Assembly: GCA_963716725.1 (NCBI GenBank)
Contig: CAVQUB010000005.1
Location: 480,001 to 544,000 of the forward strand
Origin: an uncultured delta proteobacterium
GTDB taxonomy: Bacteria; Myxococcota_A; Polyangia; Polyangiales; Polyangiaceae
Direction of reading: 5' to 3'
Length of the DNA: 64,000 bases
Shown here: positions 47,581-58,810 of the stretch, piece by piece
Layout: each line of letters opens with the position of its first letter
How positions within the stretch are numbered: position 1 is the first letter of the stretch
Program-made: the position numbers and the translations under genes
The notes under the pieces: model-generated
Databases searched by the model: none
The model's input: the letters and a program-made list of their open reading frames with translations, nothing else
Told to the model about the DNA's origin: nothing

Positions 47581-49490
47581 GCGGTGTGAGGGGCTTCGTC
47601 ATCGTGACCGAGGAAGGCACCTCGAAGGGGCGTCGCTGGCTGGCTGCGCTGCTCGCGGCGTTTGCGCTCTACTTCGCGCTCTTCGCCTGGTTCGCGCCCC
47701 CGGGCGTGTTGTTCTCCAAGGATCCCGTCATCGTCGTGGACTACGCGTTGCACGCGTACCAGGTCGACCGCGCGCTGACCGCCTTTCGTGGTTCGGGTGC
47801 CCTGTGGGGCTGGGATCCACTGGTGCTCGCGGGGCATCCCGCGGGGGCCCTCGAGGATCTCACCAGCAAAGGCACCGAGCTGTTCGTGATCGGGCTGCGC
47901 GCGCTGGGAATGCACGCCGGCGTTGCCTTCAACCTCTTCATCGCCCTGGTGATGGCGCTGGTTCCCTTCGTCGGCTACGCGTCGGCGCGACTCTTCGGAC
48001 TCGATCGCCCGGCGTCCGTCGTGACCGTGCTGCTCTGGACGCTGCTCTGGTACTTCGACTCCTTTTTGCACTGGAACTGGTGGATCGGGATGATCTCCTG
48101 GTCCTTTGCGGCCTACGGGGTCGTGCTCTTCATGGCGCTCTTGCACCGCGCGCTCGAGTCGAGGCAGACCCGATGGTTCGTCGCGCTGGCGGCCCTCGCA
48201 CCTGCGCTCGCCATCGTGCACCCCTTCTCGGGGATCACGCTCTTGGTGCCCGGCGCGCTGGTCTACTTTCGGTCACGCAAGCAGCTGTCGGCGAAGCACC
48301 ACGCCCTGATTTGGCTCGTGGCTTTCGTGGGCGCGTCCACGGCCCTGGTCTGGGTCTTTCCCGCGTACCGCTTCAAGCACTACGTGACGACCGCGGATTC
48401 GTATCTCAACGCGCGCCTCGAGTATGTGTTCTACGATCTCTTCGATCTGCTCCGGAACGCCGACAACACCGGGTTGCCGGTTCGCACGGTGGTGCGGGCG
48501 CTGTGCTTCGCCGCCGGCGGCATCATGCTCTGGCGCTGGCGTGCAGCTGCCGACCGTCGCGCGCTGCCGCTCGCGTCACTCGTGCTCTGGGCCGCCGGCT
48601 ATGCGTACCTGGCGGCCTACACCAACGCCGGCCGTCAGACCCAGCCCTACCGGCAGATCGCGCCGGCGATGCTGGCAGCTGCCATCCCTGCTGCTGCGCT
48701 CTTGCGGGAGCTGTTCTCGCCCGAGTCGCTCCGCGGTCTGAACAAAACGGCACGGCTGCTCTTGATCTTGGCTGCCCTGTTGATCCTTCCGCGCTTCGGT
48801 CGCACGGTGATCTACTTCTTGCCGGATCTCCTGCCGACGCACCACAACTCGGTGGTCGCCATGAACGAGCCCAAGCCCTTCTCGTCGCGGCTCTTCAGCG
48901 CCAACGTCGAGGCGCGGGACTTGCGAGACTGGTTGCTCGCTCACGCGCAAGGACAGGGGCGCATCGCCGTGCGGGGGGCACAGCCGTCGCATTGGGTCTT
49001 GGCCGAGTACCTGGCGGCGACCACGCGCCTGCCCATCTTGGGCGGGCTCGAGCACCGCAACATTCACCACGCCGACGCGCATCTGTTTCGACGGTACCGC
49101 GCGGGCAACCCGCCGGGCGAGGAGCTCCAGCGGTTCTTCGAGACCTACGCTGTTGGTTGGGTCGTGCTCGGAGGCGAGTACGGGTCGCTCGACTACCGGC
49201 AGGAGTACATGGAGCTCGTCGCGACGGTGGCCGAACACCGCATCTACCGGGTTCGCAAGCCCCCCAGCTACTTCATGCGCGGCAGCGGCCGAGTCAGCGA
49301 GCAGGCGATGAATCGAGTGAAGGTGGAGGGAGCGGGCGGCGACGACGTGGTGCTGCGTTTCCACTGGTTCGAGCCGCTGGCCTGCCGTCCGAACTGCACG
49401 GTCGAGCGCTTTACCGTGGACGGCGACCGCGTCGGGTTCATCCGCGTTCCGAACCCGCCGTCGAACTTCGAGATCTACGTGAAGTACTGA
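47577..49490 (+). CDS. Polytopic membrane protein, probable GT-C-like glycosyltransferase; start approximate
   Basis: GTGA overlap with the rSAM gene; D..LH.Y..WDP...GHP first loop; many TM segments, then a soluble C-terminal domain. Confidence 0.65.
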   Translation: MSGVRGFVIVTEEGTSKGRRWLAALLAAFALYFALFAWFAPPGVLFSKDPVIVVDYALHAYQVDRALTAFRGSGALWGWDPLVLAGHPAGALEDLTSKGTELFVIGLRALGMHAGVAFNLFIALVMALVPFVGYASARLFGLDRPASVVTVLLWTLLWYFDSFLHWNWWIGMISWSFAAYGVVLFMALLHRALESRQTRWFVALAALAPALAIVHPFSGITLLVPGALVYFRSRKQLSAKHHALIWLVAFVGASTALVWVFPAYRFKHYVTTADSYLNARLEYVFYDLFDLLRNADNTGLPVRTVVRALCFAAGGIMLWRWRAAADRRALPLASLVLWAAGYAYLAAYTNAGRQTQPYRQIAPAMLAAAIPAAALLRELFSPESLRGLNKTARLLLILAALLILPRFGRTVIYFLPDLLPTHHNSVVAMNEPKPFSSRLFSANVEARDLRDWLLAHAQGQGRIAVRGAQPSHWVLAEYLAATTRLPILGGLEHRNIHHADAHLFRRYRAGNPPGEELQRFFETYAVGWVVLGGEYGSLDYRQEYMELVATVAEHRIYRVRKPPSYFMRGSGRVSEQAMNRVKVEGAGGDDVVLRFHWFEPLACRPNCTVERFTVDGDRVGFIRVPNPPSNFEIYVKY

Positions 49491-49498
49491 GGGAGGCC

Positions 49499-50743
<1,245 letters not shown>

Positions 50744-50824
50744 TTCCAGGGAAAACCCTACCACGGCGAGGTCGACGGGCTCGCCTCCGCAGGTCATGGC
50801 GCCGGTGCTAGGGTTGTTGGCGCG

Positions 50825-52135
50825 ATGAAGGACCCGGGCACGGTCGCCATCAAGATGCCCGGCGCGATGCCGGTGCGCACCGTCGGCGTCCAGGTGGTGG
50901 AGGGTCCCGACCGCGGAGCCCGCTGGGAGGGCGAGCAGGGGACGCTGGGTACGGCCCCCGGGAACGACCTCGTCCTCACGGACGATACGGTCTCGGGATA
51001 CCACGTCCGTGTCTCCGCAGTTCCAGAGGGGATCCGAGTTGCGGACTTCGGCTCGACGAACGGCACCTTCCTCGGCGAAGCCCGGCTGGAAGCCGCCGTC
51101 CTGACGCCCGGGACCACGCTGCGCCTGGGGCGATCGGTGGTGAGCCTCGGCACCGGCGAGCCTTCGAGCGTGGGGCTGCACGACGAGAACCGCCTGGGCG
51201 AGGTGCGGGGAGGCTCCCGGACCATCCGTCGGTTGATGAAGGATGTTCGTCGCGTTGCCGACAGCAACGTCGCGGTGCTCCTGCTGGGCGAGTCGGGCAC
51301 GGGCAAAGAGCTGGTGGCGCGGGCGATCCACGCCGAGGGAGCACGCGCTGACCGTCCTTTCGTGACCATCGATTGTGGCTCGCTCACACCCAGTCTGGTC
51401 GCGAGCGAGCTCTTCGGGCACGAGCGCGGCGCATTCACCGGAGCACACCGAACGCGGCACGGCGCGTTCGAGCACGCCAACGGCGGTACACTGTTTCTGG
51501 ACGAGGTCGGTGAATTGCCACCGGAGCTGCAGACCACCTTGCTCGGTGCCATCGAGCGTCGGCGATTCTGCCGTGTGGGCGGCCACGAGGAGATCGCCGT
51601 CGACGTCCGTGTCGTGGCCGCCACCAACCGTGATCTGCGCAGCGAGGTCAACGCCGGGTCATTTCGCCTGGATCTCTACTATCGCCTCGCCGTGGTCACG
51701 CTCGAAGTGCCGCCGCTGCGCGACCGGACCGAAGACATCCCCGGCCTGGTCGAGCACTTCTTGGAAGAGGAGGGGTTCGGGGGGCGAGCTGGCGAGCTCG
51801 TTCCGGCGGCAGTCATGCAGCGACTGAAGCAACATCGCTGGCCCGGCAACGTTCGCGAGCTGAAGAACTTCGTTCAAGCCACGCTCGCGATGGGAGAGCC
51901 CGTCGCGCTCCACGATGCGCTCGAGGCTCCCCGGGTCGAGCTTGCGTCGATGCTCGAGCGCTTTCTCCCGCTCCCCTACGCCGAGGCTCGGGCCAAGCTC
52001 GTGGCCGAGTTCGAGGCCGTCTACGTGCGGCGTTTGCTCGAGCAGAACGACGGCAACGTCGCGCGGGCTGCCCGCAATGCCCAAGTCGCACGTTCGCATT
52101 TGAACGAACTCCTGCGCCGTCACGGGCTCCGCTGA
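50825..52135 (+). CDS. FHA-domain sigma54-dependent enhancer-binding protein
   Basis: FHA (VSGYH, GSTNGT); [28 protein letters not shown]-terminal HTH. Confidence 0.95.
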   Translation: MKDPGTVAIKMPGAMPVRTVGVQVVEGPDRGARWEGEQGTLGTAPGNDLVLTDDTVSGYHVRVSAVPEGIRVADFGSTNGTFLGEARLEAAVLTPGTTLRLGRSVVSLGTGEPSSVGLHDENRLGEVRGGSRTIRRLMKDVRRVADSNVAVLLLGESGTGKELVARAIHAEGARADRPFVTIDCGSLTPSLVASELFGHERGAFTGAHRTRHGAFEHANGGTLFLDEVGELPPELQTTLLGAIERRRFCRVGGHEEIAVDVRVVAATNRDLRSEVNAGSFRLDLYYRLAVVTLEVPPLRDRTEDIPGLVEHFLEEEGFGGRAGELVPAAVMQRLKQHRWPGNVRELKNFVQATLAMGEPVALHDALEAPRVELASMLERFLPLPYAEARAKLVAEFEAVYVRRLLEQNDGNVARAARNAQVARSHLNELLRRHGLR

Positions 52136-52138
52136 GCA

Positions 52139-52885
52139 TCACAGCCCCGAGTACTCCACCAGCTCGACCCGCTCGCCGCCCTCTTCTTCGAGGACGAGGC
52201 CGACGCCTGGGCAGTAGTATTTGAAAGCGTCGATGGTCGCGTCCAGGACCGAGCGATCGCGGGTTTTCACACAGCCCTCGAAGCTGCCGGCTGGGACGCT
52301 CACCTGGAGCTTGGTCGCGATGATCTCGGCGTAGTCCTCGGCTTCGCCCGGAGCGTATTCCTGGCGGTAGACGTGGCCGACCACCGGTGCGTTCGGCATG
52401 ATCACGCCGGGCAGCGCGCTATTGACTCCCGCTTCCCACGCGCCGCAGTGGCAGACGGGATTACCGTTCTTGAACTCGGTGGTGTCTTCGCCCAGGTACC
52501 AGACATGTCCGTTGTCGTCCTGCGCGTACCAGTCCCAAGTGTCTTCGATTAGTTCGCCGTCGAGCGTGACGGTGTCGCGCACGATGCTGGCTTTGGTCCC
52601 CCAGACCTCCTTCTCGCCGGGCTCGACGGAGATATCGATCCGCTCGGTGACGCCGCCGGCCTTGTTCTCGTAGACCCACTTCGCCCCAGCCTTGACCGGA
52701 AAGAGCGGATTGGTGAGGTGTGAGGTGAGATCAGCGGCGTCGACGTCGATGCCGTAGGTCTGTCCGGGCTGGTACACCGCTGGCAGATCCGCCGGTAGCT
52801 CCTTGTCGGGCGCTTCGGAGTTGGACGAACAGCCCGCGCAGAGGGTGAGGGCGAAGGCGAAGGTGGAGATGATTCGGAGGTTCAT
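52139..52885 (-). CDS. Lipoprotein, hypothetical
   Basis: AGGAG SD; LCAG-C; NPLFP, DWYAQD..G.VWYLGE, KYYCPGVG motifs. Confidence 0.8.
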   Translation of the reverse strand: MNLRIISTFAFALTLCAGCSSNSEAPDKELPADLPAVYQPGQTYGIDVDAADLTSHLTNPLFPVKAGAKWVYENKAGGVTERIDISVEPGEKEVWGTKASIVRDTVTLDGELIEDTWDWYAQDDNGHVWYLGEDTTEFKNGNPVCHCGAWEAGVNSALPGVIMPNAPVVGHVYRQEYAPGEAEDYAEIIATKLQVSVPAGSFEGCVKTRDRSVLDATIDAFKYYCPGVGLVLEEEGGERVELVEYSGL

Positions 52886-52950
52886 GCGGGCGTGCTCCTG
52901 ATTCGAATGCGACTGACGCGAGCCCAAGCGGCGGCGTCGAGTGTTCATGG

Positions 52951-52966
52951 AGCAAGGGCCGTGCCG
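52951..52966 (-). promoter_or_regulatory. Sigma54 (-24/-12) promoter
   Basis: Minus strand CGGCACGGCCCTTGCT: GG-N10-GC spacing, matching TGGCACG-N4-TTGC(A/T) except the first base; about 65 nt upstream of ATG 52885. Confidence 0.75.
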
Positions 52967-53004
52967 GTCGCGCATCCGCGATTTCTTGCAGGTGTCGCTG
53001 TCGG

Positions 53005-53024
53005 GTGTCCGCTCCAGGGGACAC
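53005..53024. promoter_or_regulatory. Palindrome GTGTCC-N8-GGACAC, candidate upstream activator site
   Basis: Perfect 6-bp inverted repeat about 40-60 bp upstream of the sigma54 element, next to further TGTC half-sites at about 52993 and 52999. Confidence 0.4.
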
Positions 53025-53117
53025 TCGTTGGCTGCTCGAGCGGACGGCGCGATGAGTGCGACCCGCGCCGATCGCGCCGCAGTCCGCTCGGCATGCAGCG
53101 TGCTAGCCTGCGCGCGG

Positions 53118-54026
53118 ATGGTGCCCGCACTTCTCCGCACCGCGTGGGTCTCCGGAATCCTGCTCCTAGGGACGGGTTGCGGGTCGCTCGTGGACCTGGA
53201 CGTCGACTATCGAGACTGCGTGCCAGTCACCGCCTCGCGCCACACCGAGAGCTTCGAGCCGGGCACGAGCCTCCAAGATCTGCGGGATCGCTGCTGGCAA
53301 GTCGAGAACCCGGGCACCGCTCCGGGTGGGCTGAACGAGAAGTTCTTCGTCGACGACGGGGATCTGGTGCTGCGCGTCTTCCCGCCGGCGGACGACGACT
53401 TCGATCAGTGGTCCGGGCTCGATCAGGGGCCGATGATCGCCTGGAGCGTTCCCGGCGATTTCGTGGCGGTGGCTCGGGTGGAAGCGCTGCGGAAGTCCGT
53501 CCCCAGCCACTGTCTCGATCCCGGCGAAGGTGCCGGGTTGGCGGTCCGGCGCAGGTCTGATCCTTCGTCTTGGGCCACCTGGTTGGTCGAGCCTTTCCTC
53601 TGGGAACGCGACGGAAAAAAGGCGGTCTGCGCCGAGGACACCGACGACACCAACAACCCCAGCGTACAGGCCCGAGCGCACACCAGCGTCGCCGGCGCAC
53701 CCGATTTCTCCGCCCTCGACTTCGGCGCCGACGGCGAGGCCGACATCGCGCTGTGTCGGATTGGAGCTGAACTCTACTACTTCCTTCGCGCCGGCGACGA
53801 TCCGAAGACCCCAGTCTGGGTCCAGCCCAAAGGGGCTACCCACACCCTCGGCAGCGGGGTGGTAGAGGTCGGGCTGACCGCGAGCGGAGTGGACGCCGAT
53901 GGGCTGGGCGGCGATCCCGGCTTTCACACTGAAGCCCACTTTGCCTGGGTAGTCTTCAACGAGGGGCCCGTCGCGGACGGATGCGTCGGCGCGTTGGAGT
54001 CCATCGCGCTACCCGAGGGCGACTGA
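53118..54026 (+). CDS. Lipoprotein with beta-sandwich (DUF1349/ConA-like) character
   Basis: LGTG-CGSLVDLD; GDFVAVARV, AGLAVR and VEVGLTA segments. Confidence 0.7.
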   Translation: MVPALLRTAWVSGILLLGTGCGSLVDLDVDYRDCVPVTASRHTESFEPGTSLQDLRDRCWQVENPGTAPGGLNEKFFVDDGDLVLRVFPPADDDFDQWSGLDQGPMIAWSVPGDFVAVARVEALRKSVPSHCLDPGEGAGLAVRRRSDPSSWATWLVEPFLWERDGKKAVCAEDTDDTNNPSVQARAHTSVAGAPDFSALDFGADGEADIALCRIGAELYYFLRAGDDPKTPVWVQPKGATHTLGSGVVEVGLTASGVDADGLGGDPGFHTEAHFAWVVFNEGPVADGCVGALESIALPEGD

Positions 54027-54979
54027 TGCGTGTCGCTTGGGTTTGGTGGTCGTTCGCACTCCTGCTCGGAGCGCCCAGAGCATACGCGGGCGAGCCCGAA
54101 GCCCCGCCCGTCTCGGCGCCCCAGGCAGTCGAGAAGGCGAACGCCGGCGTCGCGTTGTATCAAGACGGGAAGTGGCGAGAGGCGCTCGCGCTCTTTCGTC
54201 AGGCCGAGAGTCTCTACCACTCGCCGGTCTTCGTGCTCTACGCCGCGCGTTGCCTCCGGAGCTCCGGCGAGTTGCTGCTGGCGCGGCGGGAATACCAACG
54301 CCTGCTTGCCGAAAACTTGAAACCTGACGCGCCATCGAGCTGGGTTGAGGCCCAGGTCGACGGCCGCGCGGAGCTCGCGGTGCTGGCGGACGAAATCCCC
54401 AGCGTCATCGTCACGATCGCGGGCGGGTCGGCGGCCGCGGACATCAGCGTCGACGGCCAACGGGTCGCGGCGAATCGCGCGCTGGAGCTCGACCCCGGAG
54501 CGCACACTTTCGCAGCATTCGACCGCGGACGCCGTGTGCAACGCGTTCTGACGCTGCGCCCCAAGGACGGTCTTCTGCGCGTCCTGCTCGAGTTGCCGGT
54601 CGTCGCACCGGGTCCGCGAAAGCGGCCACCCCCGCCTGAGCGTTCGGTAGAGCGCGGGCCAAACCTCACTGGCATGGTCGTGACCGGGCTGGGAGGAACC
54701 GCGCTCCTGGCGGGCGGAGTGATTGGCGTGGTCGCCCTAGGCAAGGCGGCAAGCGTCCGCAACGCTTACCCAGACAGCTGCGTGGGGTCCACCTGCCCGA
54801 TCTCACAGCGAACGAGGATCGAAGATGACGCCCGGCCAGTGCGGACGTTGGCGGCCGTTTCCGACGTGTTGCTCATCTCAGGCGCGGTGATCACCGTGAC
54901 TGGTGTCGTGCTCTTGCTCACCGGAACCGGTGCGCCGACGCGGCTTTCCGTCGGTGCCCCGGCTGGGTTTGCGTTCTGA
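54026..54979 (+). CDS. TPR + PEGA domain protein with C-terminal Gly-rich hydrophobic hairpin
   Basis: TGATG overlap; G..LY..G.W.EAL..F TPR; ELDPGAH; C-terminal Phe. Confidence 0.8.
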   Translation: MRVAWVWWSFALLLGAPRAYAGEPEAPPVSAPQAVEKANAGVALYQDGKWREALALFRQAESLYHSPVFVLYAARCLRSSGELLLARREYQRLLAENLKPDAPSSWVEAQVDGRAELAVLADEIPSVIVTIAGGSAAADISVDGQRVAANRALELDPGAHTFAAFDRGRRVQRVLTLRPKDGLLRVLLELPVVAPGPRKRPPPPERSVERGPNLTGMVVTGLGGTALLAGGVIGVVALGKAASVRNAYPDSCVGSTCPISQRTRIEDDARPVRTLAAVSDVLLISGAVITVTGVVLLLTGTGAPTRLSVGAPAGFAF

Positions 54980-54985
54980 CTCGAT

Positions 54986-55555
54986 CTACTTCTTCAGCAC
55001 CAGCTCCAGGACTTTCTTGGCGATCGCGGGCTTGCCGTCGACCACGATCATGATCACGACCTCGGCCTGCTCGTCGAGGAAGACCGCGCCGCGGTCTTCG
55101 CGCATCTTGGCCTGATCCTTGGGCGACATCATGCTGCCCGACGACCCAGTCGGCTTCGCCGCTCGTCGCACCAGCTCGAAGGTGCCCTTGTCGGTGCCCT
55201 TGAGGATGCCGAACTCGATGCTCTCGAACTTGCCGACGGTGCCGTGATTGATTTGCACATCTTCTGGCGCCCAACCCGCCTTCTGAACGGCAGCGATCAA
55301 GGTCTTCGGATCGATCTCGCTGATGCTCACGCCGCCGATGGTGGCGGTGCTCTTCGGCGTCTCCGCGGCAGGTGGAGCCTCCGGCGTGTCCTGCGGCGGC
55401 GGCTCTTCGGCCTTGGGCTCCGGCTTCGCTTCGGGCGCTGGCGGCGGCGCCGGCGCCGGTTCGGGCGCCTTCGGTGTCTCCGGTGGAGGCGGTGAGCCAC
55501 ACGCGGCTAGCAAGAGCCCAACCCCAAGCACCCACCCTGCTTTCGACTGTTGCAT
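54986..55555 (-). CDS. Pro-rich lipoprotein
   Basis: LLAA-C lipobox, Pro/Glu linker, small globular domain. Confidence 0.72.
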   Translation of the reverse strand: MQQSKAGWVLGVGLLLAACGSPPPPETPKAPEPAPAPPPAPEAKPEPKAEEPPPQDTPEAPPAAETPKSTATIGGVSISEIDPKTLIAAVQKAGWAPEDVQINHGTVGKFESIEFGILKGTDKGTFELVRRAAKPTGSSGSMMSPKDQAKMREDRGAVFLDEQAEVVIMIVVDGKPAIAKKVLELVLKK

Positions 55556-55635
55556 GCGCCGCTCATAACGCCGCCACGTGCGGTCGTCCACTTCGCGGCT
55601 CATCGCGTGATATCTGATGATCTCCAACCCTCCCG

Positions 55636-57087
55636 ATGAGCCTCTCGTACCACTCCGCTGTCGCGCTGGTTCGCACCCTGGTGCGCGCGTTCTTCCGGCG
55701 CGTGGAGGTCAGCGGGCTCGAGAACGTCCCCGAGACGGGCGGCGGCATCATCGTCGCGTGGCATCCGAATGGCCTGGTCGATCCGGGTTTGATCTTGGCG
55801 CAATGCCCCCGCCGCGTGGTGTTCGGCGCGAGGCACGGCCTGTTCCGCGTGCCGATCCTGGGCTTCTTGATGCGCGGGGTCGGCGCCGTCCCGATTTACC
55901 GCGCGGCGGACGCGGCGGCCGGGGGCAGCGACCGGCGCGCAAAAAACCAGCAGAGCCTCGCCGCCTTGGCCGAGGCCATCGCCGAGGGCTCCTTCGCCGC
56001 GCTCTTTCCCGAGGGCGTGAGCCACGACTCGCCGCGCATGATGGAGCTGAAGACCGGGGCGGCACGGCTCTACTACCAGGCCAAGGCGGCGGCGCCGGAC
56101 TCGCCCATCGAGATCATTCCTGTCGGCCTGCACTACGACGACAAGCGCTCGTTTCGTTCGTACGCGTTCGTCGACTTTCATGCGCCGCTCGAACTCTCGC
56201 CCCTGCTCGCGGCCGTCCCGTCTCCGGAGCAAGCGCGTGAGCGTGCGCAGGCGCTCACGGACGAGATCGAAGCGCACCTCGCCGAGGCGGTGCATCCGAC
56301 CGAGAGTTGGGCGCTACACCACCAGATGCATCGCGCGCGCAAGCTCGTGCGTGCAGAGCGAGCCCACCGGGCCGAAGCCGATCCTGGACGGCCCGACATG
56401 CACGAGAAGGTGCTCGGCTTCAGTCGGATCTGGGCCGGCTACAACGCGCTCTTCGCCACGCACCCCGCGCAAGTCGAGCTCTTGAGATCGCGACTCCAGC
56501 GCTACGACGAGACATTGCGGGCCCTGGCCGTCGAAGACCATGAGCTCGATCTCGATCCACGCTTGGTCTCGCCCTGGCTCGGCTTTCTTCTGATCTTGCA
56601 GCTCACGACCGTGTACCTGGTCCTGCCGCCCATCTTGATCGTCGGCTACCTGGTGAACGTACCCGTCGCGCTCGTGCTCATCGCGGCGTCGAAGGTCGCG
56701 TCACGGGCCTACAAAGACGAAGCGACGGTCAAGCTCTTGCTCGGCGCCATCTTGTTTCCGCTCACCTGGGTCGCGGTCGGGGTTTTGGCCGCCCAGGGCA
56801 ACATCTGGCTGCGCGCCGCGCTGCCCGGAGTGCCAAACGTGCCGGTGCTCACGGGCGTGCTCATGGGCGTGCTCGCGGCCGTCGGCGGAGCCGCGGGCCT
56901 CCGCTACCTGCGGGTGGCCCGGGAGACGGCCCGCGCGGTGCGCGTGCGGCTCCTGCGCCGCTGGCGGAGGCGCGAGGTCGAGCGTCTCCGCGTGGAACGC
57001 AGCGAACTCTTCGATGCCATCATGGCGATCTCGTCGGGGCTGGCCCTCCCCGGACGCGTCGCGGACGACGGCCGGATCGTACGCTGA
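55636..57087 (+). CDS. PlsC-family phospholipid/glycerol acyltransferase with C-terminal TM helices
   Basis: HPNGLVD (HX4D), GAVPIYR, FPEG, LKTGAAR, IPVG. Confidence 0.9.
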   Translation: MSLSYHSAVALVRTLVRAFFRRVEVSGLENVPETGGGIIVAWHPNGLVDPGLILAQCPRRVVFGARHGLFRVPILGFLMRGVGAVPIYRAADAAAGGSDRRAKNQQSLAALAEAIAEGSFAALFPEGVSHDSPRMMELKTGAARLYYQAKAAAPDSPIEIIPVGLHYDDKRSFRSYAFVDFHAPLELSPLLAAVPSPEQARERAQALTDEIEAHLAEAVHPTESWALHHQMHRARKLVRAERAHRAEADPGRPDMHEKVLGFSRIWAGYNALFATHPAQVELLRSRLQRYDETLRALAVEDHELDLDPRLVSPWLGFLLILQLTTVYLVLPPILIVGYLVNVPVALVLIAASKVASRAYKDEATVKLLLGAILFPLTWVAVGVLAAQGNIWLRAALPGVPNVPVLTGVLMGVLAAVGGAAGLRYLRVARETARAVRVRLLRRWRRREVERLRVERSELFDAIMAISSGLALPGRVADDGRIVR

Positions 57088-57088
57088 T

Positions 57089-57760
57089 TCAGCCTCCGGA
57101 GATCGTCACGAAGCGGATGGCGGAGGGCCCGTCGTCGGTCTTCTTCTTCTTCATGGTCAGCGAGACCTTGTGTCCTTGCTTCCAGACCCAGGTCGCTTCG
57201 AACTCGGCCATGCCGCTGTCGAGGCAAGTGGTGAAGGTCTCGTTCTTGCACTCGTCGGGGATCTTCTGGGTGTCGACCGTGGCAGGACCGTGCAGTGCGA
57301 CGAGCGCCTTCTTGAGCTCGTCGAAGCGCGCGTTCCACGCCGCGAACTCGCTGCCCTCGACCGTGACCGCGACGCCGACCGCGCAGAGCGAGTCCCCGCA
57401 GAAGCTCAGCACCGGCTTGCCATCAATGGCAGCTCCATCCACGCCGCGACTACACGTGTAGCTCTCGCCGCGCTTGCCCCAGGTGCCGCGCTTGCTGCAC
57501 TTGCGCATGGTGTCGTTCTTCGAGTGCCCCAGGGTGAACCCCAGTCCATCGGTCGGGGGCGCCGAGGTCGGTTCGGGGGGCGGCGGCGGCGGCGTGGGCT
57601 TGGGTGTGTCCTCCGGTTCGGGCTCGACCCACTTCTCCTCTTGGCCCGGAGGAGCCGGCGTCGTGAACTCGTCGAGGCCACTCTGGTTCTTGGCCGGCTT
57701 GCGGTGGCAGGCTGCGGAGGGGACGAGCAGGAGGGGGAGGAGCAGGTAAACGCCGCGCAT
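57089..57760 (-). CDS. Putative lipoprotein
   Basis: MRGVYLLLPLLLVPSAA-C; Pro linker; Cys-containing domain. Confidence 0.7.
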   Translation of the reverse strand: MRGVYLLLPLLLVPSAACHRKPAKNQSGLDEFTTPAPPGQEEKWVEPEPEDTPKPTPPPPPPEPTSAPPTDGLGFTLGHSKNDTMRKCSKRGTWGKRGESYTCSRGVDGAAIDGKPVLSFCGDSLCAVGVAVTVEGSEFAAWNARFDELKKALVALHGPATVDTQKIPDECKNETFTTCLDSGMAEFEATWVWKQGHKVSLTMKKKKTDDGPSAIRFVTISGG

Positions 57761-57781
57761 GGCCGCGCGTTTTATCACAGC

Positions 57782-58810
57782 TCAGGGCAGGTGTTCGAGC
57801 AGCTTCAACACCCCGAGCTTCACGGGCGACCGATGGTGGGAGGCGCCGTGGCGGGTCAGGACCTCGTCGCGGTGGGCGACGTACCAGTCGTAGCTGTCGG
57901 CGATCATCTCGGCGTTGCTGAATTTGGGCTTCCAGCCGATGGCCTCCGAGGTGCTGGTGATGTCGAAGTACATCTCGCGGCCGTACATCAGCGAGTGGTA
58001 GTCGCCGAGGGGCGAGACGCCGAGCTTGCTGGTGACCTTCATGGCGGCCACCGTCGGCCCGAAGGGCAGCGAGCGCACCGGGCTCCGACTGCCGGCGTGG
58101 GCCACCAGCCCCTCGAGCAGGTCGCGCATGGTGCCGAAGCGATCCGTGCCGCAGAGCAATACGTCGTTCTCCTTGCGGGCGTCGGCGAGCAGGCACGCCG
58201 CGGCGAGGTCGTCGGCGTGCACGAACTGGTAGCGGTTGTGCCCGCTGCCGAGCAGGTAGACGGGGCGGCTCTTTCGCACCCACTCGAACAAGATCTGGAA
58301 GATGCCGAGCCGACCGTGACCCAGGATGGTGCGCGGGCGCACCACGCTGACCGAGAGGCCGCGGCTCGTGACCGTCTTGGCATACTCTTCACCCTCGAGC
58401 TTGGCTCGCCCGTAGGCCTCGCGTGGTTCGGGGCGGGTCGCGAGCGTCACCGGGTTCGAAGCTGGCACGCCGTAGATCGCGCTCGAGCTCACCAGCACCA
58501 CCTTGCGCACGCCGGCCTTCAGCGCCTCGTCGAGCACGATGCGGGTGCCATCCACGTTGACCGACCAGAACTCGTGGCGGTTCTTGGCCAACGGGACCTG
58601 CGCCACGTTGTGATGCACCACCTCGACGCCGGCCATCGCGCGGCGCACCGACTCGCGATCGCGCACGTCGCCGCGCATCAGTTCGACGTGCGCCGGTCGG
58701 TCTTCGTTGTCGACCAGATCGAAGACGCGCACCGAGTCGCCGCGCTCGAGCAAGCGCTGGACGACGACCTCGCCAAAGTATCCGGAACCACCCGTAACGA
58801 GAGTTTTCAT
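57782..58810 (-). CDS. NAD-dependent epimerase/dehydratase (extended SDR)
   Basis: TGGSGYFG, VSSSAIYG, YGRAK (YxxxK). Confidence 0.92.
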   Translation of the reverse strand: MKTLVTGGSGYFGEVVVQRLLERGDSVRVFDLVDNEDRPAHVELMRGDVRDRESVRRAMAGVEVVHHNVAQVPLAKNRHEFWSVNVDGTRIVLDEALKAGVRKVVLVSSSAIYGVPASNPVTLATRPEPREAYGRAKLEGEEYAKTVTSRGLSVSVVRPRTILGHGRLGIFQILFEWVRKSRPVYLLGSGHNRYQFVHADDLAAACLLADARKENDVLLCGTDRFGTMRDLLEGLVAHAGSRSPVRSLPFGPTVAAMKVTSKLGVSPLGDYHSLMYGREMYFDITSTSEAIGWKPKFSNAEMIADSYDWYVAHRDEVLTRHGASHHRSPVKLGVLKLLEHLP

